Below, one piece after another: positions 38,114 to 48,236 of a DNA stretch of 64,000 bases; within the stretch, counting starts at the first letter, position 1, and every line of letters starts with the position of its first letter. The stretch is from a virus (taxonomy: Duplodnaviria > Caudoviricetes), in the IMG/VR virus record IMGVR_UViG_2923519811_000002, positions 43,026 through 107,025 of that record. The stretch is one strand, 5' to 3'. Below the pieces are notes generated by a model. It was not told the DNA's origin and did no database searches. It saw only the letters and a list, made by a program, of their open reading frames with translations. Position numbers and translations under genes: made by a program.

Positions 38114-38730
38114 TGGCCCGCCCGCTGCTGCCCGGCAACGCCACCGCCCTGGAGCGCCTCGCCACCCAGGCCCTGGCCGAGATCGAGCGGGTCCCGGTGC
38201 CCATCCGCGACCTGGTGAGCCCCGAGCGCTGCCCGGTGGCCTTGCTGCCCTACCTGGCCTGGGCGTTCTCCGTGGACCGCTGGGAAGCCGGCTGGAGCGA
38301 GGCCACCAAGCGCCAGGTGATCCGCTCCGCGTGGTTCGTGCACGCCCACAAGGGCACCATCGGTGCCCTGCGCCGGGTGGTGGAGCCGCTGGGCTACCTG
38401 ATCCGCGTCACCGAGTGGTGGCAGACCACGCCAGCAGGCCCGCGCGGCACCTTCGCGCTGGACATCGGCGTGCTGGACTCCGGCATCACCGAGGCCATGT
38501 ACGAATCCCTCACGCTGCTGATCGACGACGCCAAGCCCCTGAGCCGGCACCTCACCGGCCTGGCCATCAGCCTGGAAGCACGCGGCGCCGTTGCCCTTGG
38601 CGCGGCGGTGCTGGATGGCGAAACCCTCACCGTCTACCCCTACGCCCCCGGCCCCATCGAGGTCAGCAGCCCCACGCTGGTGGCCGGCGGGACCTCCCAC
38701 CTCATCGACACCCTGAGCGTATACCCATGA
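38113..38730 (+). CDS. Tail protein gpI
   Basis: LLPYLAWAFSVDRW, HKGT, AKPLSRH. Confidence 0.95.
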   Translation: MARPLLPGNATALERLATQALAEIERVPVPIRDLVSPERCPVALLPYLAWAFSVDRWEAGWSEATKRQVIRSAWFVHAHKGTIGALRRVVEPLGYLIRVTEWWQTTPAGPRGTFALDIGVLDSGITEAMYESLTLLIDDAKPLSRHLTGLAISLEARGAVALGAAVLDGETLTVYPYAPGPIEVSSPTLVAGGTSHLIDTLSVYP

Positions 38731-40130
38731 GCCAGACCTACTACGCCATCCTCACCGCCCTCGGCGAGGCCAAGCTGGCCAACGCCGCCGCCCTCAACCA
38801 GCCCCTGCAGATCAGCGACATGGCCGTCGGCGACGGCAACGGCAGCCTGCCTAACCCGGACCGCACCCAGACGGCCCTGGCGCGCGAGACCTACCGGGCC
38901 AACCTCAACACCCTGCAGGTGGACCCGGCCAACGCCAGCCAGGTCATCGCCGAGCTGGTCATCCCCGAGACGGTCGGCGGCTGGTGGATCCGCGAGCTGG
39001 GCCTGTACGACGCCGCCGGCGCCCTGGTGGCCGTGGCCAACTGCCCGCCCAGCTACAAGCCGCAGCTGGCCGAGGGCAGCGGTCGCACCCAGGTGCTGCG
39101 CATGGTGCTGGTGGTGAGCAGTACCAGCGCCGTGGAGCTGAAGATCGACCCCAGCGTGGTGCTGGCGACACGGGCCTACGTGGATACCGCCGTCACCAGC
39201 CACCAGGGTGCCGCCGACCCGCACCCGCAGTACACCACCGAGTCAGAGGTCGCGGCGATGATCGCCGCCGAAATGAACAGCCGCGACAGCAAGCAGAGCG
39301 CGCTGTACACCACCACCGCCGCCATCAACCTCAACGGGCTCGCGACCCAGGCCGGTGGCGACTGGGCCACCGCGCTGATCGCGGGGGATCGGATACTGGT
39401 GAAGGACCAGGCAGCCGGCGCCAGCAACGGCCTGTATGTGGCAGCCGCCGGCGCCTGGGCCCGGGCGACCGATGCCGACGCCTCCAGCATGGTGACGCCT
39501 GGGATGCTGGTCACCATCGAGGCCGGAACCGTGCTGGCGGACACCGTGTGGGAACTCACCACCAACGGCCCCATCGTGCTCGGCTCCACCGCGCTCACCT
39601 TCGAGCTGACGGCCGCCCTGAACGCCACTCAGGCCGACGCCGAGACCGGCACCAACAACGTCCGCCGCATGACGGCCCTGCGTGTGTTCCAGGCCATGCG
39701 CTCTGCTGCAGCTTCGGCCACCGAGCTGCTGCGCGGCGTGCTGCGGGTCGGCACTCAGGCCGAAGTGAACGCCGGCGCCCTGGACGACGTGGCCGTCACC
39801 CCGAAGAAACTGCGCTGGGGATTCGCCATCAGCCTCGCAGCCAATGGCTACGTCATGTTCCCTTCGTGGCTGGGCGGCCTCGTCCTGCAGTGGGGGCTCT
39901 CTTCGGTGATTACCTATGACAGCCGCGTCACTGTCAGCTATCCGATTGAGTTCCCGACGGCTTGCCTGGTCGCACTCGCAAACTACAAGAGCAACGACAC
40001 AACACTCGACCACTGCCAATCATATGGAGTGGCAAAGCTCACGAAGTCGAATTTCATGATCGAAAACCAGTGGGTCTACAACGGCGGCGCCGCAAATTTC
40101 CCTGCCACCTGGATCGCCATCGGCTATTAA
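38727..40130 (+). CDS. Tail fibre gpH
   Basis: MAVGDGNG, GGWWIRELGL, IDPSVVLATR, HPQY, C-terminal GLVLQWG. Confidence 0.95.
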   Translation: MSQTYYAILTALGEAKLANAAALNQPLQISDMAVGDGNGSLPNPDRTQTALARETYRANLNTLQVDPANASQVIAELVIPETVGGWWIRELGLYDAAGALVAVANCPPSYKPQLAEGSGRTQVLRMVLVVSSTSAVELKIDPSVVLATRAYVDTAVTSHQGAADPHPQYTTESEVAAMIAAEMNSRDSKQSALYTTTAAINLNGLATQAGGDWATALIAGDRILVKDQAAGASNGLYVAAAGAWARATDADASSMVTPGMLVTIEAGTVLADTVWELTTNGPIVLGSTALTFELTAALNATQADAETGTNNVRRMTALRVFQAMRSAAASATELLRGVLRVGTQAEVNAGALDDVAVTPKKLRWGFAISLAANGYVMFPSWLGGLVLQWGLSSVITYDSRVTVSYPIEFPTACLVALANYKSNDTTLDHCQSYGVAKLTKSNFMIENQWVYNGGAANFPATWIAIGY

Positions 40131-40141
40131 CGGAGAGCACC

Positions 40142-40729
40142 ATGCAACGCTTCTACAGCCAGGAAACCGGAAACACCTACCTGCAGGGAGTTCACCAAAT
40201 CCCCGCCGGGGCCGTCCCGATCCCCGAAGACCGTTACCTCGCCGTCATCGCCAACCCGCAGCCCGGCATGGTGAGGTCACATGACGCCGAAGGACTCCCT
40301 ATCCTGGTCGTTCCGCCTGCCCTTCAGCCCAGTGCCGGCGCTTTGTGCGCCCGCATCGACACCGCCGCCGACGCGGCCCGCCGCACCGTGGCCGGCGACC
40401 CCCTGCGCGCCGTGGAGTACGAGCGCGCCGCCGCCGAGGCCGAGGCCTTCGCCGCCGCCGACTACCAGGGCGAGGTACCGCGCAGCGTTGCCGCCTGGGC
40501 CATCAACGGGCGCACCCCGCGCCAGGCTGCCGACAGCATCCTGGCCGAGGCCGCCGCCTACACCGAAGCGCTGTACCAGATCCGCGAGACACGCCTGCAG
40601 GCCAAGGAGCTGATCCGCCAGGCCATGGCGGAAGGCGACAGCGCCCAGGCCGAGGAGATTGCTGCCGAGACCGTTGCCGCCATCGAAGCCGCCGTACAGG
40701 GGAGAGGCAAAGGTACCGAGGCAACGTGA
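40142..40729 (+). CDS. Tail fibre assembly protein
   Basis: Follows H; FYS...IP..AV.I pattern. Confidence 0.85.
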   Translation: MQRFYSQETGNTYLQGVHQIPAGAVPIPEDRYLAVIANPQPGMVRSHDAEGLPILVVPPALQPSAGALCARIDTAADAARRTVAGDPLRAVEYERAAAEAEAFAAADYQGEVPRSVAAWAINGRTPRQAADSILAEAAAYTEALYQIRETRLQAKELIRQAMAEGDSAQAEEIAAETVAAIEAAVQGRGKGTEAT

Positions 40730-40797
40730 TAGCCATTTGCAGTCAATCAGTTACGGCTATTAGCATCGGCGCCGCCTCTCAACAACAAGGAGCCGTT

Positions 40798-41562
40798 ATG
40801 AGTTCACGCAAGCCCAAGAGCCGCACCAGGCTGCCCAGCAAGCAGAAGCAACCTACCCGCATGCAGGTGTTCTGCAAGAAGTACGAAGACTTTGTGCTGC
40901 TGCCCTACTTCGTGTGGTTCTTGAATGCCTTCGGCATGGGCGGGGTGGATCGCCTGATCTCCAAGCACGCCAACGACTACGCCCTTGAGCGCCTGGAACG
41001 GCTGATCGAAGAGCTGCAGCGAAAAATCGACAGCAACCTGCTCCAACCAGGCTCAGAAGAATTCGTCGCCGCGCTGCACCAGAGCATCAACGCGCTGATG
41101 GAAACCACCAGCACCGAGAAAGCCAAACTCTTTGCCGTGGTGCTGGCTGATACCTGGAACAGCGCCAACGCCAGCTGGACCGAGGTATCCCAGACGCTGA
41201 AACTGATTCGTGAGCTGGAAGACGTCCACATCATGCTGCTCAGAGAGGCGCTGAAGGTTCACAACACCCTCGGCCCGCAGGCGACATTCACCGTCAGCAA
41301 GCGCTACCCGCGCAGCACCCCGATTGATCTCCGGCTGCCCAACGTGAGCACTGAGCTGCTGGAACTCTGCGTATCCGACCTGATCGCCAAGGGGCTGATC
41401 AACGACTCATTCGTCGATAACGAGGCAATGAGTACCGCCGAGCGCTTCGCCTCAATGAGGCCGGGCCGGCTGGTCTATTGCATTTCGGAGCTGGGCATCT
41501 GGTTCCTCCAGCGCCTGCACGAAACCACCTCCGAGCCGACGACAGCGCTGGCGACCCACTGA
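40798..41562 (+). CDS. Abi-alpha/DUF4393-like protein (putative abortive infection)
   Basis: SEEF...EK..LFA.VL, C-terminal wHTH-like LIAKGLI...ISELG..FL; AAGGAG RBS; P2 Z/fun slot. Confidence 0.6.
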   Translation: MSSRKPKSRTRLPSKQKQPTRMQVFCKKYEDFVLLPYFVWFLNAFGMGGVDRLISKHANDYALERLERLIEELQRKIDSNLLQPGSEEFVAALHQSINALMETTSTEKAKLFAVVLADTWNSANASWTEVSQTLKLIRELEDVHIMLLREALKVHNTLGPQATFTVSKRYPRSTPIDLRLPNVSTELLELCVSDLIAKGLINDSFVDNEAMSTAERFASMRPGRLVYCISELGIWFLQRLHETTSEPTTALATH

Positions 41563-41597
41563 CCGATACGCCCCGGCCCGCCGGGGCGTTCCCACTC

Positions 41598-41617
41598 TGT
41601 AACCCCCTCCCCTACAA
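41598..41617 (+). promoter_or_regulatory. Ogr-type late activator site before FI
   Basis: TGTA-N11-TACAA. Confidence 0.7.
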
Positions 41618-41689
41618 CCCCCGCCGCTCGCCGCGCCGTCGCGCGCGCGGCAGCCTGTGCCCTGTCATTCCACAACGCAGGCACCGACC

Positions 41690-42877
41690 ATGGCCGACTA
41701 CCTCCACGGTGTGCGCGTCCTCGAAATCAACGAGGGCACGCGCCCGATCCGCACCATCCCCACCGCCGTCATCGGCCTGGTCTGCACCGGCGCGGACGCC
41801 GACAACGCGACCTTCCCCCTCGACACCCCGGTGCTCATCACCAACGTGCAGACCGCTGTCGGCAAGGCCGGCACCCAGGGCACCCTGGCCGCCAGCCTGC
41901 AGGCCATCGCCGACCAGACCAAGCCGCTGACCATCGTGGTGCGCGTGGCGGACGGCACCGGCGAGACCGAGGCGCAGAAGGCCGCCTCGCTCAAGTCCCA
42001 CCTCATCGGCACCACCACCGCCGACGGCAAGTACACCGGCATGAAGGCATTGATGGCCGCCAAGGGAAGATTGGGCGTGGTGCCGCGCATCCTCGGGGTG
42101 CCGGGGCTGGACAGCCAGGAGGTGGCCGCCGCCCTGGTGAGCATCGCCCAGTCCCTGCGCGCCTTCGCCTACCTCAGCGCCCACGGCTGCAAGACCAAGG
42201 AAGAGGCTGTCGCCTACCGCAACAACTTCGGCGCCCGCGAGTGCATGGTGATCTGGCCCGACTTCCAGCGCTGGAGCACCACCGAGAGCGCCACCGTCAC
42301 CGCCCCGGCGGTGGCCATCGCCCTGGGCCTGCGGGCCAAGATCGACCAGGAGATCGGCTGGCACAAGACGCTCTCCAACGTTGCCGTGGACGGCGTCACC
42401 GGCATCAGCGCCGACGTCTGGTGGGACCTGCAGAACCCCGCCACCGACGCCAACTACCTCAACAGCAACGAGGTCACCACCCTCATCCAGGAGGCCGGCT
42501 TCCGCTTCTGGGGCTCGCGCACCTGCTCCGCAGACCCGCTCTTCGCCTTCGAGAACTACACCCGCACCGCCCAGGTGCTGGCCGACACCATGGCCGAGGC
42601 GCACTTCTGGGCCGTGGACAAGCCCATGACCCCGGGCCTGATCAAGGACATCATCGCCGGCATCAACGCCAAGCTCCGCGAGCTGAAGGCCGCCGGCTAC
42701 ATCATTGACGGCCAGGCCTGGTACGACCCCGAGGCCAACGACAAGGACACCCTCAAGGCCGGCAAGCTGTTCATCGACTACGACTACACCCCCGTGCCGC
42801 CGCTGGAGGACCTCACCTTCAAGCAGCGCATCACCGACCGCTACCTGGTCGACTACGCCGCCCAGATCAACGCCTGA
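41690..42877 (+). CDS. Tail sheath FI
   Basis: YLHGVRV, GWHKTLSN, GFRFWGSRT, PVPPLEDL. Confidence 0.97.
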   Translation: MADYLHGVRVLEINEGTRPIRTIPTAVIGLVCTGADADNATFPLDTPVLITNVQTAVGKAGTQGTLAASLQAIADQTKPLTIVVRVADGTGETEAQKAASLKSHLIGTTTADGKYTGMKALMAAKGRLGVVPRILGVPGLDSQEVAAALVSIAQSLRAFAYLSAHGCKTKEEAVAYRNNFGARECMVIWPDFQRWSTTESATVTAPAVAIALGLRAKIDQEIGWHKTLSNVAVDGVTGISADVWWDLQNPATDANYLNSNEVTTLIQEAGFRFWGSRTCSADPLFAFENYTRTAQVLADTMAEAHFWAVDKPMTPGLIKDIIAGINAKLRELKAAGYIIDGQAWYDPEANDKDTLKAGKLFIDYDYTPVPPLEDLTFKQRITDRYLVDYAAQINA

Positions 42878-42922
42878 CCCACGTCCGGCGCGGATCTGGC
42901 CGCGCCGTAGGAGAGCGCCCCC

Positions 42923-43438
42923 ATGGCCCTGCCCAGCAAACTCAAGAACATGATGCTGTACGTCGACGGCAACTCGTACGGCGGCGTCTGCAAATCCGTC
43001 ACCGTGCCGGTGCTCGCCCGCAAGATGGAGGCCTTCCGGGGCGGCGGCATGAACGGCCCGGTCAAGGTGGACCTCGGCTTCAGCGACGACGGCCTGCAGA
43101 TCGAATGGACCCTCGGCGGCCTCGACGTAGCGGTGCTGAAGCAATACGGCGCCGTGGGCGCCGCCGCGATCCCCCTGCGCTGGGCCGGCGCCTACCAGCG
43201 CGACGACACCGGCCAGGTCATGGCGGTGGAGATCCAGGTGCGCGGCCGGCACGAGACCATCGACAGCGGCGAGGCCACCCCGGGCGAAGACACCGAGGTG
43301 AAGATCACCAGCGCCCTCAGCTACTACAAGCTCACCATCGACAACGCCGAAGTGGTCGAGATCGACCTGCTCAATTTCATCGAGAAGGTGGACGGCAAGG
43401 ACCTGCTCGAAGCCCAGCGCCAGGCCCTGGGCCTGTAA
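42923..43438 (+). CDS. Tail tube FII
   Basis: MALPSKLK, RGGGMNG, YYKL. Confidence 0.96.
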   Translation: MALPSKLKNMMLYVDGNSYGGVCKSVTVPVLARKMEAFRGGGMNGPVKVDLGFSDDGLQIEWTLGGLDVAVLKQYGAVGAAAIPLRWAGAYQRDDTGQVMAVEIQVRGRHETIDSGEATPGEDTEVKITSALSYYKLTIDNAEVVEIDLLNFIEKVDGKDLLEAQRQALGL

Positions 43439-43482
43439 CCCCCGCGCCCCGCGCGGGGCGCCCCGACCCCGAGGAATCCCCC

Positions 43483-43779
43483 ATGAGCACGAACCCCAAC
43501 AGCGTCGAGCTGGAAACCCCCATCAAGCGTGGCGAGCACACCTTCGCCAGGATCGAGCTGCGCAAACCCACCGCCGGCGAGCTGCGCGGCGTGCACCTGG
43601 CCGAGCTGGTCCAGCTCGACGTGGACAGCCTGATCAAGGTCATCCCGCGCGTCAGCGTACCCACCCTTACCGACCACGAGGTGCGCGGCCTGGACCCGGC
43701 CGACCTGCTCGCCCTGGGCGCCAAGGTGGTGGCTTTTTTGCTGCCGAAGGCGGCGATGGACAGCTCCCCCGCCGCGTAG
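43483..43779 (+). CDS. Tail assembly chaperone gpE
   Basis: LETPIKRG, LRKP..GELRG, LDPADL; slippery TTTTTTG at 43734-43740. Confidence 0.92.
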   Translation: MSTNPNSVELETPIKRGEHTFARIELRKPTAGELRGVHLAELVQLDVDSLIKVIPRVSVPTLTDHEVRGLDPADLLALGAKVVAFLLPKAAMDSSPAA

Positions 43780-43787
43780 AGGACGCC

Positions 43788-43907
43788 ATGGCGGACATCG
43801 CCGTGGTGTTCCACTGGGCCCCGGCCGACATGGACGGGCTCACCCTCACCGAACTGACCGAATGGCGCGAGCGCGCCCGGCTACGGAGCCAGCCAGATGG
43901 CCGCTGA
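43788..43907 (+). CDS. gpE' segment (-1 frameshift extension of E)
   Basis: MADIAVVFHWAP...WRERA in the -1 frame. Confidence 0.88.
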   Translation: MADIAVVFHWAPADMDGLTLTELTEWRERARLRSQPDGR

Positions 43908-46479
43908 CCAGTTGCAACTCCAGGTCATTCTCTCCGCGCTGGACCGCGTCACCGCACCGCTCAAGCGCATCCAGGGCGGCTCCGTCGGCGTCGCCCGCGA
44001 GCTGAAGGCCGCCCGCGACCGCCTCAAGGAACTCAACGCCCAGCAGCGCGACGTCTCCGCCTGGCGCGCCCAGTTCAGCGCCGCCCAGGACACCGAGCAC
44101 GCCCTGGGCGCCGCCCGCGCCCGCGTGCAGGCCCTGAGCCGGGAGATGGCCAACACCACCGTGCCCACCCGGCAGATGACCCGCGACCTGCGCAGCGCCA
44201 TCCGCGAGGCCACCGCCCTCAAACGCCAGCACGGCGAGAACCAGGTGCAGCTCCAGGGCCTGCGCAGCAAACTGGCCGCCGCCGGCATCGACACCCGCAA
44301 GCTGGGCAGCGCCGAGCGCGACCTGCGCGGGCAGATCAGCGCCACCACCCGCGCCATCGGCCAGCAGGAGGAGCGGCTCAAGCGCATCACCACCCAGCAG
44401 AAGCGCCTGGCCGCCGCACGTGGCCAGTACGACGCCTCCCAGGCCCTGGCCGGCAGCATGGCCGGCGTGGGTGCCGGCTCCGCCGCTGCAGGTGCCGCCC
44501 TGGGCGCCCCGGTGCTGGGGGTGGCCAAGACGTACATCGCCTTCGAGGACGCCATGCTCGGCGTCGCCAAGCAGGTGGACGGCGCGCGAGACGACTCCGG
44601 CCAGCTCACCAGGACCTACTACGAAATGGGCGATGCGCTGAAGGCGATGTCCGAGCGCATCCCCATGGCATCGACGGAGCTGGCCGCCCTGGTGGAAGGC
44701 GGGGCGCGCATGGGCATCCAGGGCAAGGATGAGCTGCTGAAGTTCGCAGGTGTGGCCGCCAACGCCGCCACCGCTTTCGAGCTGCCGGCGGACCAGATCG
44801 GCGAGGACCTGGCGCGCATCGCCAACCTCTACAAGCTGCCCATCAAGAACATCGACCAGCTGGGCGACGCCATCAACTACCTGGACGACAACGCCCAGTC
44901 GAAGGGCGGCGACATCATCGACGTGCTGCAGCGCGCCGCCGGCGCCACCGCCACGGCGGGCATGAGCTTCAAGGACGCGGCAGCCCTGGGCAGCACCTTC
45001 CTCAGCCTGGGCGCCACGGCTGAAACGGCCGGTACCGCCACCAACGCCATGATCCGCGAGCTTTCCAACGCCAGCATCCAGCCCAAGCGCTTCAAGGACG
45101 GCCTCAAGGCCCTGGGCCTGGAGGCCAAGAAGGTGCAGGCGGACATGTCCCGCGATGCCACCGGCACCATCCTCAAGGTGCTCGATGCCCTCAACAAACT
45201 GCCCAAGGAGCAGCAGAGCACCGTCACCACCCAGCTCTTCCTCAAGGAGCACGGCAAGGACGCCGCCAAGCTCGCCGCCAACGTCGGCGAGTACCGCCGC
45301 CAGCTCGCCCTGGCCAACTCGGAGAAGGCCAAGGGCTCCATGCAGCGCGAGGCGGACATCCGCGCCGAATCTCTCTCGGCCCGCCTGCAGATGGCGCAGA
45401 ACCGCGCCTTCAACCTCTCCGCCACCCTGGGCGAAACGCTGCGGCCTTCGATCATCCGCCTGATCGAAGGCTTCAACCGCATCCTCGAGCGCGTCACCAC
45501 CTGGGTGAAGGCCAACCCCGAGCTGGCCTTCACCATCCTCAAGGTGGTGGCGGGCCTGGCGGGCCTGGCCACGGTGTTCGGCACCCTCACCCTGGGCATC
45601 GCCTCCCTGCTGGGGCCGTTCGCCATGTTCCGCTACGCCATGATGCTGGTGGGCATCAAGGGCGGCGGCCTGGCCAGCGTGCTGTTCAACCTCGGCCGCA
45701 CCGTACTGCCCATCGTCGGCCAGGCCATCCTGTGGATCGGCCGCGCGCTGATGATGAACCCCATCGGCCTGGCCATCACCGCCATCGCCGTGGCGGCACT
45801 GCTGATCTACAAGTACTGGGACCCGATCAAGGCCTACGTGATGAGCCTGTGGGCCGAGATCAAGGCCGGCTTCGACGGCGGCATCGGCGGCATCACCCAG
45901 CTCATCATCAACTTCAGCCCCCTGGGCCTGTTCTACCGGGCCTTCGCCGCCGTGATGAACTACTTCGGCGTGGAGATGCCGGGCAAATTCACCGAGTTCG
46001 GCAGCATGCTCATGCAGGGCATGGTCAACGGCATCACCAGCGGCCTGGCCGCCGTGAAGGACAGCATCACCGGCGCCGCCGACAGCACCATCACCTGGTT
46101 CAAGGAGAAGCTCGGCATTCACAGCCCCTCGCGGGTGTTCGCCAGCCTGGGCGGCTTCACCATGGCCGGCCTGGTGCAGGGCCTGGCCGGTGGCGAGGGC
46201 GACGTGCTGGGGCAGATCAGCAGCACCGCCCGGCGCCTCACCGACGCCGGTGCCGGCATGCTGGGCATGGGCAGCGGCATCCGCCTGGACACCCGTGCCC
46301 CGGTCCAGGCTGCCGGGGGCGGCGGCACCGTCGTCCAGGGCGACACCATCCACATCACCATCCACGCTGCCCCCGGAACCGATGTGGCCGGCCTGCGGCA
46401 GCAGATCAACCAACTGCTCGACGAGCGCGAGCGCAGCAAGGCCGCCCGGGTGCGCTCCCGCCTGAGCGACCGGGAGTAA
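43897..46479 (+). CDS. Tape measure protein gpT
   Basis: 860 aa, helical; NPIGL, LGIHSPSRVF. Confidence 0.95.
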   Translation: MAADQLQLQVILSALDRVTAPLKRIQGGSVGVARELKAARDRLKELNAQQRDVSAWRAQFSAAQDTEHALGAARARVQALSREMANTTVPTRQMTRDLRSAIREATALKRQHGENQVQLQGLRSKLAAAGIDTRKLGSAERDLRGQISATTRAIGQQEERLKRITTQQKRLAAARGQYDASQALAGSMAGVGAGSAAAGAALGAPVLGVAKTYIAFEDAMLGVAKQVDGARDDSGQLTRTYYEMGDALKAMSERIPMASTELAALVEGGARMGIQGKDELLKFAGVAANAATAFELPADQIGEDLARIANLYKLPIKNIDQLGDAINYLDDNAQSKGGDIIDVLQRAAGATATAGMSFKDAAALGSTFLSLGATAETAGTATNAMIRELSNASIQPKRFKDGLKALGLEAKKVQADMSRDATGTILKVLDALNKLPKEQQSTVTTQLFLKEHGKDAAKLAANVGEYRRQLALANSEKAKGSMQREADIRAESLSARLQMAQNRAFNLSATLGETLRPSIIRLIEGFNRILERVTTWVKANPELAFTILKVVAGLAGLATVFGTLTLGIASLLGPFAMFRYAMMLVGIKGGGLASVLFNLGRTVLPIVGQAILWIGRALMMNPIGLAITAIAVAALLIYKYWDPIKAYVMSLWAEIKAGFDGGIGGITQLIINFSPLGLFYRAFAAVMNYFGVEMPGKFTEFGSMLMQGMVNGITSGLAAVKDSITGAADSTITWFKEKLGIHSPSRVFASLGGFTMAGLVQGLAGGEGDVLGQISSTARRLTDAGAGMLGMGSGIRLDTRAPVQAAGGGGTVVQGDTIHITIHAAPGTDVAGLRQQINQLLDERERSKAARVRSRLSDRE

Positions 46480-46486
46480 ACGCACC

Positions 46487-46930
46487 ATGATGATGGCCCT
46501 CGGCATGTTCGTGTTCGGCCTGCCCACCCTCGCCTACCAGGAGCTGCAGCGGCAGACCGAATGGCGCCACCCCAGCAGCAGCCGGGTGGGCACAAACCCG
46601 GCCCGGCAGTTCGCCGGCCGGGGCGACGACACCCTCACCCTGCCCGGCATCCTGCTGCCCGAGCTGGCCGGCAGCCTGCTCAGCCTCGACGCCCTGCGGG
46701 AGATGGCCAACACCGGCAAGGCCTACCCCATGGTGGAGGGCAGCGGGCGGATCCTTGGGCTGTGGGTGATCGAGCGGGTGAGCGAAACGCGCAGCCTCTT
46801 TTTCCCCGACGGCACCCCGCGCCGCATCGAGTTCAGCCTGGGCCTGACGCGGGTGGACGACGGCCGCACCGACCTGCTCGGCGCCGCCAGCGCCACGGGC
46901 GTGAACATCCTGCGGAGGATCCTGCTGTGA
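46487..46930 (+). CDS. Tail protein gpU
   Basis: MMMALGMFVF, WRH, DGTPRRIEF. Confidence 0.95.
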   Translation: MMMALGMFVFGLPTLAYQELQRQTEWRHPSSSRVGTNPARQFAGRGDDTLTLPGILLPELAGSLLSLDALREMANTGKAYPMVEGSGRILGLWVIERVSETRSLFFPDGTPRRIEFSLGLTRVDDGRTDLLGAASATGVNILRRILL

Positions 46931-48192
46931 TCGAGGGCCTGGTGGATGCCGCCCTGGGCATCCTGCGGGACGCCGCCCGCAGCGCCCTGGGCGACAACGA
47001 CTACCCCGCGCCCATCTTCCGCCTGAGCGTGGACGGCCTCGACATCGCCCAGCAGGTGAGCCCGCGCCTGATCAGCCTCAGCCTCACCGACAATCGGGGC
47101 CTGGAGGCGGACCAGCTGGACATCAGCCTCAGCGACCACGACGGCCTGCTGGCCATCCCGCCCAAGGGCGCCGTGCTGCGCCTGTGGCTGGGCTGGACCG
47201 ATACCGGCCTGGTGGACAAGGGCACCTTCACCGTGGACGAGACCGAGCACAGCGGCATGCCCGACGTGCTCAACATCCGCGGCCGCAGCGCGGATCTGCG
47301 CAAGCAGCTCAAGGTCAAGCGCGAGCTGAGCTACAGCGGCACCACCCTGGGCGAGGTGATCCGCCAGATCGCCCAGCGCCAGGGCCTGGTGCCCGTGGTG
47401 GCCGAGGCCCTGGACGCCCAGCCGGTGCTGCAGCTGGACCAGGCCAACGAGTCCGACGCCAACCTCCTCACCCGCCTGGGCGAGGACTATGACGCCGTGG
47501 CCACGGTGAAGGCGGGCAGGCTGCTGTTCCTCGGCGGCAACGGTGGCAAGACCGCCAGCGGCGCCGAGCTGCCCCACATCACCCTCACCCGCGCCGACGG
47601 CGACCAGCACCGCTACCTGGTGGCCGACCGCGAGGCCTACGACGGCGTGCGCGCCTACTACTACAACGTCAACAGCGCCAGGAAGGAGGAGGCCATCGCC
47701 GGCGGCGGCGACAACCTCAAGGACCTGCGCCACACCTACAGCGACCAGGCCAGCGCCCTGCGCGCCGCCCGCAGCGAGTGGAACCGCCTGCAACGCGGCA
47801 GCGCCACCCTCAGCTACAGCCTGGCCAAGGGCCGCCCGGACCTCATCCCCGAACTCACCTACACCCTGCAGGGCGTGAAGGACGAGATCGACGCCATCGT
47901 CTGGCACGGCGGCAACGTGCAGCACAGCCTCACCGCCGACGGCGGCTACACCACCAGCCTGGAGCTGGAGAGCAAACTGCCCGAAGACCTGGTGGACGCG
48001 CTGTACGAGGAAGTGCCCGGCGACTACAGCGGCGTGATCGCCTACTACCGGGACAAGAAGACGGGGAAGGAGGCCAGCGTCACCGCTGGCGACCAGAGCA
48101 AGCCCAAACGCCTGCGGCACCTGTATGCGAGCAAGGCGAATGCGAAGCGGGCGGTGGAGAGGGAGTGGAACAAGTTGCAGCAGAGTTATTGA
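46927..48192 (+). CDS. Late control/baseplate hub gpD
   Basis: LTDNRGLEADQL, DQANESD..LLTRL. Confidence 0.95.
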   Translation: MIEGLVDAALGILRDAARSALGDNDYPAPIFRLSVDGLDIAQQVSPRLISLSLTDNRGLEADQLDISLSDHDGLLAIPPKGAVLRLWLGWTDTGLVDKGTFTVDETEHSGMPDVLNIRGRSADLRKQLKVKRELSYSGTTLGEVIRQIAQRQGLVPVVAEALDAQPVLQLDQANESDANLLTRLGEDYDAVATVKAGRLLFLGGNGGKTASGAELPHITLTRADGDQHRYLVADREAYDGVRAYYYNVNSARKEEAIAGGGDNLKDLRHTYSDQASALRAARSEWNRLQRGSATLSYSLAKGRPDLIPELTYTLQGVKDEIDAIVWHGGNVQHSLTADGGYTTSLELESKLPEDLVDALYEEVPGDYSGVIAYYRDKKTGKEASVTAGDQSKPKRLRHLYASKANAKRAVEREWNKLQQSY

Positions 48193-48236
48193 TCTCTATC
48201 GTGAACTCACCGAGTTGGCTGACAAGGTCTTTGTCG

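Noticed and set aside
38727-40729. Invertible tail-fibre cassette
   Set aside because: No invertase, inverted crossover sites or second fibre tip seen
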